This document shows, piece by piece, positions 52,385-60,340 of a stretch of 64,000 nucleotides of DNA; the stretch's first letter is position 1, and the number at the start of each line of letters is the position of its first letter. The notes beneath the pieces were generated by a model that saw nothing but the letters and a program-made list of their open reading frames with translations, made no database searches and was not told the DNA's origin. A program made the position numbers and the translations under genes. Location of the stretch: the NCBI GenBank assembly GCA_963662465.1, contig OY759599.1, positions 352,001 through 416,000 of the forward strand. Reading direction: 5' to 3'. This stretch comes from Desulfatiglandales bacterium. Lineage in GTDB: Bacteria; Desulfobacterota; DSM-4660; Desulfatiglandales; Desulfatiglandaceae.

Positions 52385-54009
52385 TTCCCCTGCTGTCCTT
52401 CCGGTCAATTTATGATGCGTATCTGGATTGCCGAAGGAGAAAGCGCAATACCATCAACGCGCTCAGGTTTGAGGCCGATTTGTTGACCAACCTCTTTGAC
52501 CTGGCGCTGGACCTGCAAAAGGGACGGTATCAGCCCTCCCGCTCTGTCTGCTTTGTCACACGGTCCCCGAAGCTCCGCGAGGTATTCGCCGCGGACTTCA
52601 GGGACCGGATCGTTCATCATCTGGTGGTGCGGGAACTGGAGAAGATATGGGAACCGCGCTTTATTTATGATTCTTATGCGTCCAGAAAAGGGAAAGGCAT
52701 CCACTCGGCCGTGGACCGGCTTCAGGGATTCATGCGGAAGGTGACCCGCAACGGCAAGCGGGCCGGCTTTTTTCTGCAACTGGACATTCGGTCTTTCTTC
52801 ATGAGTATAGACAAACGCATTTTGTTTTCCCTGTTTGACCGGGACCGGAAAACATCGGATGTGCTGCGGTGGGTTTTGTCGGTACTCATTTTTCATGATC
52901 CCACGACGAATTATTGTTTCAAGGGAAACGGGAGATTGCTGGACGCCATTCCGCCCCATAAAACTCTTTTCAAGACCGGCCTGTACAAAGGGCTCCCTAT
53001 CGGAAATCTGACGAGCCAGTTTTTCGCCAACGTCTATCTCAATGAACTGGATCAGTTTGTCAAACATGAGCTGAAGTGCCGGTTCTATTTGAGGTATGTG
53101 GATGATTTTATCCTATTGGCGGAGAGTGAAGATCAACTGTTGAAATGGCGTCAGGCGCTGAGCGGGTTTCTGGAAGACCACCTGGCGCTACGTCTGAGAG
53201 GCGGTGACCGGGTGCGCCGGGTTTCTGACGGTGCGGATTTTCTGGGGTATGTGACCCGCCCCGGGTACCGTCTGGTGCGAAAACGCGTGGTGAACAATTT
53301 TAAATATGTGCTGGCGCGAACGCGGGACAAAATGGTGGTGGAGATGGCGGGTGACGCAGCGGCCGTCGGTGCGGCAGGACGTGCGGTTGCCGGTGCGACT
53401 GTAGGTGCGACTTCAGTCGCACAACCGGAAAAGAAAATCACCCGCGTCACCGGCGCCCCCGCAGGTGCGAATTCATTCGCACAGCCCACCAGGGTTGCGG
53501 TCCCGGGCATCCGCACACTCACGATCCGTCCCCGAATGGTCCTGCATTTGCGGCAGGTCCTGGCCTCTTACCTGGGCCATTTTCAGCATGCGGACAGCCG
53601 GTATCTGGTTGAGAGTATTTTCACAAAACACACCTGGCTCAGGCAGTTGTTTGTGTTTGACCGGGGTAAACTGAAGATGAAAGCCCTTCCCGTTCAAACC
53701 TTTCCATGCATGCGGGAGCAGGTGTGGTTTTTTAGAAGGCATTATCCCGGATTCATACTTTTGTTCCGGGTGGGCCGCTATGTGGAGCTTTACGGAAAAG
53801 ATGCTCGGATTTTGCGGGAATATGCCCATTTGAAGCTAGTGAAACAGCATCGGGGCCTGCGGGATTCGGTGGGGTTTCCGGTGAGCATGACCCGGGGCAT
53901 ACGCCGAAAGCTTTTAATGAGGGGTCACCGAACGGCGCTGGTGGCCCAGGGCGTCACCGGCGGGCGGGTGAGACGCCGGTATGTGGCAGAGCTGGCGTTT
54001 GCGACCTGA
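52276..54009 (+). CDS. DGR reverse transcriptase with in-frame REP insertion and C-terminal MutS-N-like extension (start uncertain, possibly near 52390)
   Basis: PKLREVFAADFRDRIVHH, GLPIGNLTSQFFANVYL, RYVDDF, GADFLGY; tail ILLFRVGRYVELYGKDA. Confidence 0.95.
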   Translation: MPIIRTTPGTSISTMATTTGTISPTTITFGRFAAESVPLLSFRSIYDAYLDCRRRKRNTINALRFEADLLTNLFDLALDLQKGRYQPSRSVCFVTRSPKLREVFAADFRDRIVHHLVVRELEKIWEPRFIYDSYASRKGKGIHSAVDRLQGFMRKVTRNGKRAGFFLQLDIRSFFMSIDKRILFSLFDRDRKTSDVLRWVLSVLIFHDPTTNYCFKGNGRLLDAIPPHKTLFKTGLYKGLPIGNLTSQFFANVYLNELDQFVKHELKCRFYLRYVDDFILLAESEDQLLKWRQALSGFLEDHLALRLRGGDRVRRVSDGADFLGYVTRPGYRLVRKRVVNNFKYVLARTRDKMVVEMAGDAAAVGAAGRAVAGATVGATSVAQPEKKITRVTGAPAGANSFAQPTRVAVPGIRTLTIRPRMVLHLRQVLASYLGHFQHADSRYLVESIFTKHTWLRQLFVFDRGKLKMKALPVQTFPCMREQVWFFRRHYPGFILLFRVGRYVELYGKDARILREYAHLKLVKQHRGLRDSVGFPVSMTRGIRRKLLMRGHRTALVAQGVTGGRVRRRYVAELAFAT

Positions 54010-54316
54010 TCGAGTATAGGTGCGGCTTGTAGGTGCGACTTCAGTCGCACAACAAATCCCTCGTTGTGCGACTAAAGTCGCACCTACAGTGGTGGTCTAG
54101 ATGGAGGTGATGGGAAAAATTGAAATGGGATTTACGGGTTGGGTTTTGATGACCAGTGGTCTCAAGAGATTGTGTTGTTGCGGGGTGGTATGGCGGATTG
54201 CTGTGCGACTGAAGTCGCACCTACAGCAGGACAAGGCTGGAGGGAATGAGGATGGAGTGTTGTGCGACTAAAGTCGCACCTACAGTTAGGAGCGTCCAAA
54301 TGCGGGGGATGCATCG

Positions 54317-54796
54317 ATGAAGGGAAGGGGTGCTCCATTATATCCGCCAGGCTATGGGGCGTTGCGGGCAGGCCGGTGGAGCGAATCGGGGCGGTGTTAC
54401 ATGATTACCACGGTTACCGCCGACCGTGCGCCGGTTTTTCGCGATCTGTTTGCCGGTCGTTGCGTTGTTCGGGAGATGATGCGGTTGCACGGTGATGGAG
54501 TGGTGGCATCTCTGGCCTGGGTGATCATGCCTGATCACTTTCACTGGCTGGCGGTGCCGGCGAGTCCATGGAGCCTTTCAAAAGTCATTCAATTGCTGAA
54601 GGGGAGATCCGCGAGACGTGTGAATGAATATCTGGGTCGTACGGGCAGCCTCTGGCAGCCGGCGTTTTATGATTACGCGGTTCGGAAGGACGAAGATCTT
54701 CGCAAAATGGCCCGATATATCGTGGGTAATCCGATCAGAGCGGGTTTTGTGAAGCGGGTTGAGGAATACCCCCTGTGGGATGCGGTGTGGTTGTGA
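54317..54796 (+). CDS. rayT: REP-associated tyrosine transposase (RAYT)
   Basis: YMITTVT, WVIMPDHFHWL (HUH), WQPAFYD, RYIVGNPIRAG; flanked on both sides by REPs. Confidence 0.92.
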   Translation: MKGRGAPLYPPGYGALRAGRWSESGRCYMITTVTADRAPVFRDLFAGRCVVREMMRLHGDGVVASLAWVIMPDHFHWLAVPASPWSLSKVIQLLKGRSARRVNEYLGRTGSLWQPAFYDYAVRKDEDLRKMARYIVGNPIRAGFVKRVEEYPLWDAVWL

Positions 54797-55513
54797 TCGG
54801 TGTGTATGGCTCGATCCGATGTGTGGCCGGTTCACGATTGTAGGTGCGGCTTGTAGGTGCGACTTCAGTCGCACAACAAATCCTCACTGTGGGACTGAAG
54901 TCGCACTTACAGGAGGACAAGGCCGGAGGGAATGAGGATGGGGTGTTGTGCGACTAAATTTTCACCTACAGTCGTATTCCAAATGAAGGTGACGGGAAAG
55001 ATTGAAATGGGATTTACGGGTTGGGTTCTGATGGTCGGTGGTCTCAAGAGATCGTGTCGTTGCGGGGTGGTAAGGACGATTGTAGGTGCGGCTTCAGCCG
55101 CACATTTGGGCTGCGGATGATGGATGTACGGCGGGTGTTGTGCAACTAAATTTGCACCTACAGTGTTGTGCGACTAAAGTCGCACCTACAGTCGTATTCC
55201 AAATGAAGGTGACGGCAATGGGGGGTTGTGGGCAGGCGGATTATTGTGCGACTAAAGTCGCACCTACAGCACGGAAGCATCTCTTTTGTTGCGAAAAGCA
55301 TGGGCAAAGGATGTGACTATCAGAAGCACCGGTCCATGGCAAAGAGGGGTCGGAAGAGCGTCATTTCATTTTAGCGACGGGCATAAATATTTGGCGGCCG
55401 CATTGAAGGGCGCGGGGAAAATGGATCAGGAAGAGGCAGGCGTGATACGGATGCCTCTTTTGTCGGTACGGTTCCATTTACCCGTGTCTGTGCTGCCGTA
55501 GAAGGAGGAAGGC

Positions 55514-58500
55514 ATGAAAGCAATGCGATGGGCAACAGCCGTCATGGCCCTGTGGGTCGTAATCACGATCACGCAAACGGCGTACGCGGCCTTTGTGGAC
55601 AATGGCAACGGCACGGTGTCCGATACGCGAAGCGGCCTCATGTGGCAGCAGGATACGGCCAGGGATGCTGGGGGAAACTATGATACCATGACCTGGAAGG
55701 AGGCCTTGGCCCACTGTGCCAATCTGGAGCTGCCGCCAGGCGGCTATACCGACTGGCGCCTGCCCACCATCAAGGAGATTCGATCCCTGGTGGATTGCAG
55801 TCAGTATAGTCCCGCCATTAATCGCAATGCCTTTCCCGATACGGTGTCGTCCAATTACTGGTCGTCTACTACCTATGCCAGTAGTCCGAACTACGCCTGG
55901 AGCGTCTATTTCTACAGTGGCGGCGACTACTGGGGCAATAAGTCCTACTACGGTTGCGTTCGGGCGGTTCGCGGCGGACAGTCTGGGGCATTCGGTTCTT
56001 TGGATCATTTGGTCATTTCGGTGCCGGCGGGCGCCCAGTCGGTTGGGGATGATTTTACCATCACCGTCACCGCCGAGGATGCGGCAGGGCTGCAGGTGCT
56101 GGATTTTGCGGGTAGCGTGAACCTTTCGGCCGAGGGGAATACCGTTGACCCCACCGCAGTGACCCTCTCCGGCGGGCATGGGAGCGCGTCCATTCGCATC
56201 TTGAACGTCGGCAAAACCCGGCTCAACTGCGACGGTTATGGGGCCTACGGCAACAGCCGGTATTTTGACGTGGCCGGGGAGAATCCCTGCATCGGGTCCA
56301 TCGAGGGGAGCGTGGTGGACTGCCGGGGCACCCGCGTGAGCCAGGCCACGGTGCGGGCCCGTGACGTGGAAGGGGACGTGATGGCGAGCACCACCACGGA
56401 CGGTAACGGAAGGTTTACGCTGGCAGACTTGACCTGCGGGCCGTATGATATCGAGGTTGAAAAATCCGGCAAAACCGCCACCGGCATCTGGAAGACGGTG
56501 GGCGGACATTACTGCACCACGGCCTTCGGGATCGAGCTGCCTTTGAACTGCGGAACTGAACAAGCGGTGGTGGTATTGGTCCCCGGCATCATGGGGTCCA
56601 GCGAATCGTCATGGGGGGGGGTTCCCAGCTTGCCGGCCGGTGCACCGGCACGCGCTTCGGATTTGCACATTCATGCCGAGGGGACAACCGGTTTTAAAAA
56701 ACTCAAAGAAGAACTGGAAGCGGCAAATTTTACCGTGGTGGAGTGTCCCTGGGACTGGCGGCTCAATTGTGAGCGGGCCTACCGGGAATACCTGAAGGAC
56801 AAAATAGACGAAGCCCTGGCGGATTCAGGCGCCGACAAGGTGTATGTGGTGGCCCACAGCATGGGGGGGCTTATGGTACGGGCCTACATTCAGAACAAGG
56901 AGAATTATCGGAACGACATCGCCAAAGTGGCCTTTGTGGGCACCCCGCATCAGGGGTCCTGCAATCCCTATTACATCTGGGAGGGGGGCGATCCCCTGGC
57001 GGTCGACGATATGGTCGGTCCGGCACTGGACTTTTATACGCGGACCACCGAGAAATTGTGGGGGAATTACAAGAGAGGCTGGAACACTGAAAACCACGAT
57101 GAGATCCGTTCGTTTATCAGAAGCGACGTGCAGTCCCTGCTGCAACTGATGTATGCGGAAAAATTCCTGACGGATATGCGTTCTTACTGGGCCGTGGAAA
57201 CCCCCGGCAATACCAACGACTGGCTGGACGACTTAAACGAAGGCGATGGGAATTACAACAAGCCGTACGATGTCATGAGCAAGGACGGTTCAAGCGGCAA
57301 CAAGGTGGAGGCCCGGTGCTTTGTGGGAGATTCGGCTGCTTCCACCATTCGGTGGGTCAAGATGGCCCGCACGAGAGGCAGTTCCGGGGCTACCGATGAC
57401 CGGTATGAGGACGGTATTCCACGAAATGAACGGCCTCAGAAAGATAACGTTTTATGGGGAAGCGGCGACAATACGGTTCCCTATGACAGCGCCGTTTATC
57501 CTTACACGAAGGGCTGGGCCCAATTGTGCGCGAAAAAATCCCAAAAAAAACACAGTGAACTGGTGAAGGATTTTGCGACGGACATCGTGCTTTTTTTGGA
57601 CCCCGATGCAGTGGTTTCCTCAAATGCCGCCACAAGGGATGACCCGACTCCGCCCGAACTGTCGGTTTCCATCACCGGCGGGATGCGCGTCCAGATCATA
57701 GATCCCGAGAACCGCAAAACCGGCGCCGACCCGGCCACGGGCCTGCCGGTGCAAAATATCCCCGATTCTATGTGCGCCTTTGATGTGGGAGGCGGCGGCG
57801 CGGCGGTGCAAAGCCCCGCGGCCGGGGCCTACCGGATCACTTATTTTGGCCAGGCGGACCGGGATTTCCAGATCTCGCTAGACTACCAGGATGACACCCT
57901 GACGGAGACCTACAGCTTTCAGGGGTTTCGGCCGGCAGACGCACAGACCTTTACCGTGAGTCTCAACCCCGCAGCCTCTCCCCGTCTCACCATCACCCCG
58001 TCCTGCAAGGCTCCCACCAATCTGGAGGCCAACCCCTACACGTCCGGCGAAACCCCGAAAACCCGCCTTTCCTGGTCCGCAACGGACGAAGCCGGCCTTT
58101 CCGGCTACAATGTCTATGGGGTGGCCCAACTGTCTCCCTATTTCTCCAAAGTGGCCACCGTGGCATCGAATGTCACCACTTATGATACATCAGACACCTG
58201 GAGTTCCGATGCCGCCACCACTGTCATGACCTATGCGGTGACGGCGGTGAAAACCGACGGCACGGAAAGCTTTTTTTCCAATACGGCCCAGAACGATGAC
58301 CGGGACCATGACGGCGTGACCGACGCACGGGAAGCAACAGACGGCACCAACCCGGACAACCCGGATTCGGACGCGGATGGCCTGAATGACGGGAAAGAAT
58401 CGGCATACGGTACCAACCCCCTGGTGAAGGACACGGACGGGGATACCTGGAATGACGGCGATGAAGTATCCGCCGGCACCGATCTCCTGGATCCTTATTC

Positions 58501-58789
58501 CATACCCCGAAGCGTGGGGTATGTGGACCCGGCCGGTGGCTGCAACGGCAACACCCCGTGCTACACAACCATACAGGCGGCCGTGGAAGGCGCCAAAAAC
58601 GGGGGCGTTGTTGAGATTAAGCAGGGAACCTATAGCGAAGAAGTGACGCTCGGGGCTGACAAGCAGGTGATGCTTCAGGGGAATTGGAACGATTCATTTA
58701 ACACCCAGAGCGGCATAACGACGCTGACGCACGCACCCAAAGCGCCCCTGGGGCGATTGACGCTGCGGGATCTGCTGGTGAAACCGTGA
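55514..58789 (+). CDS. DGR target 2: signal peptide, N-terminal Lcl/DUF1566 domain, Ig-like domains, alpha/beta hydrolase (lipase/LCAT-like), FN3-like domain and Asp-rich Ca-binding repeats
   Basis: FVDNGNGTVSD..GLMWQQ, DWRLPTIKE, YWSSTT; VPGIMGS, AHSMGG, GTPHQGS, GDNTVP; DxDxDG repeats. Confidence 0.9.
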   Translation: MKAMRWATAVMALWVVITITQTAYAAFVDNGNGTVSDTRSGLMWQQDTARDAGGNYDTMTWKEALAHCANLELPPGGYTDWRLPTIKEIRSLVDCSQYSPAINRNAFPDTVSSNYWSSTTYASSPNYAWSVYFYSGGDYWGNKSYYGCVRAVRGGQSGAFGSLDHLVISVPAGAQSVGDDFTITVTAEDAAGLQVLDFAGSVNLSAEGNTVDPTAVTLSGGHGSASIRILNVGKTRLNCDGYGAYGNSRYFDVAGENPCIGSIEGSVVDCRGTRVSQATVRARDVEGDVMASTTTDGNGRFTLADLTCGPYDIEVEKSGKTATGIWKTVGGHYCTTAFGIELPLNCGTEQAVVVLVPGIMGSSESSWGGVPSLPAGAPARASDLHIHAEGTTGFKKLKEELEAANFTVVECPWDWRLNCERAYREYLKDKIDEALADSGADKVYVVAHSMGGLMVRAYIQNKENYRNDIAKVAFVGTPHQGSCNPYYIWEGGDPLAVDDMVGPALDFYTRTTEKLWGNYKRGWNTENHDEIRSFIRSDVQSLLQLMYAEKFLTDMRSYWAVETPGNTNDWLDDLNEGDGNYNKPYDVMSKDGSSGNKVEARCFVGDSAASTIRWVKMARTRGSSGATDDRYEDGIPRNERPQKDNVLWGSGDNTVPYDSAVYPYTKGWAQLCAKKSQKKHSELVKDFATDIVLFLDPDAVVSSNAATRDDPTPPELSVSITGGMRVQIIDPENRKTGADPATGLPVQNIPDSMCAFDVGGGGAAVQSPAAGAYRITYFGQADRDFQISLDYQDDTLTETYSFQGFRPADAQTFTVSLNPAASPRLTITPSCKAPTNLEANPYTSGETPKTRLSWSATDEAGLSGYNVYGVAQLSPYFSKVATVASNVTTYDTSDTWSSDAATTVMTYAVTAVKTDGTESFFSNTAQNDDRDHDGVTDAREATDGTNPDNPDSDADGLNDGKESAYGTNPLVKDTDGDTWNDGDEVSAGTDLLDPYSIPRSVGYVDPAGGCNGNTPCYTTIQAAVEGAKNGGVVEIKQGTYSEEVTLGADKQVMLQGNWNDSFNTQSGITTLTHAPKAPLGRLTLRDLLVKP
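55843..55982 (+). repeat. DGR variable repeat VR2 (codons 111-156 of 1091)
   Basis: 140-nt ungapped match to TR; 19 mismatches, all opposite TR adenines. Confidence 0.97.
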
Positions 58790-59111
58790 GGGGCACATGG
58801 AGACGGGAGCTGGTTGCGGATGTAGGTGCGTCTTCAGCCGCACAGCTTGTGCGACTAAAGTCGCACCTACAGCCCGGGCTGAAACATATTCAAAGCGCGG
58901 TTTCACGTTAATCCGCGATGAACCGTTTCATGGAGCGGGCGTATCGGGCAGCCTGACCCGGAGAAGCTTCAAAGGTTAATTGATCCACATACTCCTTTTT
59001 CACCTCCCCCATGAGCCAGGTCTTGTCGGTCTGCCTGGGGCTCAGATGGTGAAATGGTCTTGACTCCTCATGCGAACAGGACTCTGTTTATCCGCATGTT
59101 TCGGGTCCTGC

Positions 59112-59741
59112 TCAGAGGATGCTGCCAAGAGATTTCACCCATTTCTCGAAGTCCTTTTTGACATGGTTCCAGTCCACCGGCCTGATCATTTTCACTTCAG
59201 GTTCCCCGTCCGCATCCGCAAAATACACCAGGCTCCTGATCACATGCCCTATGTCCCGATTTTGATATTTCTCCATGTACAGCCGCAGACAATCATCAAG
59301 GGAACAACCATGGGTCATGAGATGGTGCAGATCAAAAAAATCCTTGCGGGAGCCGCGGGAGGCTATGGCTGACAATTTCATGCAGGCAATGTCCTCCATG
59401 GAGGCCATTCGAATTGCCGTATCAGGTATGGGTACCGTGTTTCGAAGCATGGGATAGTCATAGCCGATGAAGCTGTTTTGAACTCCTTCAATGGTCAGAT
59501 AAACCGTCTCAATACTGACGGATTCCACCACATAGTCCATTTGCAATGCCTTCATCAGGCGGAATAGACCCTCCGGTTCACCAAGCTTCCGGATAAACCA
59601 GTCAAAATCAATAGAGCGCCGGTGACCCAGTTGAAGTGCCAGGGCGGTACCGCCGGCAAGGTAATACGCTGTGCCGGCGAGAACCTGCGCCAGAGAAGCG
59701 AGGACCCGCTTTTGTGCATCGCTCAATATTTCAATGTGCAT
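59112..59741 (-). CDS. AbiEii/AbiGii-family nucleotidyltransferase toxin
   Basis: YLAGGTALALQLGHRRSIDFDW; MKLSAIASRG..KDFFDL. Confidence 0.9.
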   Translation of the reverse strand: MHIEILSDAQKRVLASLAQVLAGTAYYLAGGTALALQLGHRRSIDFDWFIRKLGEPEGLFRLMKALQMDYVVESVSIETVYLTIEGVQNSFIGYDYPMLRNTVPIPDTAIRMASMEDIACMKLSAIASRGSRKDFFDLHHLMTHGCSLDDCLRLYMEKYQNRDIGHVIRSLVYFADADGEPEVKMIRPVDWNHVKKDFEKWVKSLGSIL

Positions 59742-60093
59742 ACCTGCCGCTCCAGACAGAATATTTTCCCCTTGATTCCCGTACCCAGTCAGTTCTTTTT
59801 TCCTTAGCTATCCCAGTGACAAGGGACCAGTAATTGAGTTCGCGGGGAGGGAGTATAAGCCTTCCCCTCTTTTTCAGAAAGGAGGCCAGTTGCTTTTTGG
59901 AGTAGGTTTTTAGAAGCCAGCGCATGGCCTCCCAGTTTCCCCTTTCCATGATTCTGCTCATGACAAAATCACCATGTCTCACAATGTGGATGGTTTCCGG
60001 TTCGAGTTCCCAGAAAAGCTCAAAAAGAGATTCCGGGATACGCGTACTGTCCGCTAAATTCTCTTCGGTTTTTCCCATAACTACCCGTTCCAT
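59731..60093 (-). CDS. Putative cognate antitoxin (DUF6922-like)
   Basis: LFWE......H..FVMSRIMERGNWE...WL...Y; overlaps the toxin start. Confidence 0.75.
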   Translation of the reverse strand: MERVVMGKTEENLADSTRIPESLFELFWELEPETIHIVRHGDFVMSRIMERGNWEAMRWLLKTYSKKQLASFLKKRGRLILPPRELNYWSLVTGIAKEKRTDWVRESRGKYSVWSGRYAH

Positions 60094-60340
60094 ACTCCCG
60101 CCTCTCTACTCCCTGCTCCAGACTACACGCCTCGATCATCGAATCCACTCAATACTGCCGGGGAAACGGCGGCGCGTTAAGGGTGAGAGAGGTTGTGGCG
60201 CTGCATTCACAATTGGTGTTCGGGCCGAATATCTTGACATTTCCGGCTATTTCCCGGGTCTCCCACGTGATGGTTTCCGTCTCTCCACATAGCGAAACCC
60301 AATTTTCCACAGAGAAGAAAACCAACGAAAAAAGTGGGAC

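Larger units (their letters stand above)
49922..58871. repeat. About 22 GTAG-type REPs, consensus TGTAGGTGCGACTT(C/T)AGTCGCACA
   Basis: Copies at about 49922, 49960, 50229, 50311, 52041, 52096, 52163, 53400, 53460, 54028, 54065, 54202, 54261, 54852, 54888, 54947, 55081, 55139, 55167, 55245, 58821, 58848; several form inverted doublets. Confidence 0.92.
49870..58924 (+). mobile_element. ISL3-IR-bounded cassette without its own DDE transposase, carrying a DGR and a RAYT/REP system
   Basis: Perfect 24-bp IR GGTTCATCGCGGATTAACGTGAAA (49870-49893; reverse complement 58901-58924), 23/24 identical to the ISL3 end at 17936; no TSD seen. Confidence 0.65.

Noticed and set aside
52146..52415. 89-aa Asn-rich ORF as a protein gene
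   Set aside because: It is the TR read in the target frame, preceded by REP sequence
54016..55270. REP cluster as CRISPR array
   Set aside because: Mixed orientations, irregular spacing, repeated spacers, GTAG-hairpin form and an adjacent RAYT identify them as REPs
55478..56563. 361-aa minus-strand ORF
   Set aside because: Antisense shadow of DGR target 2
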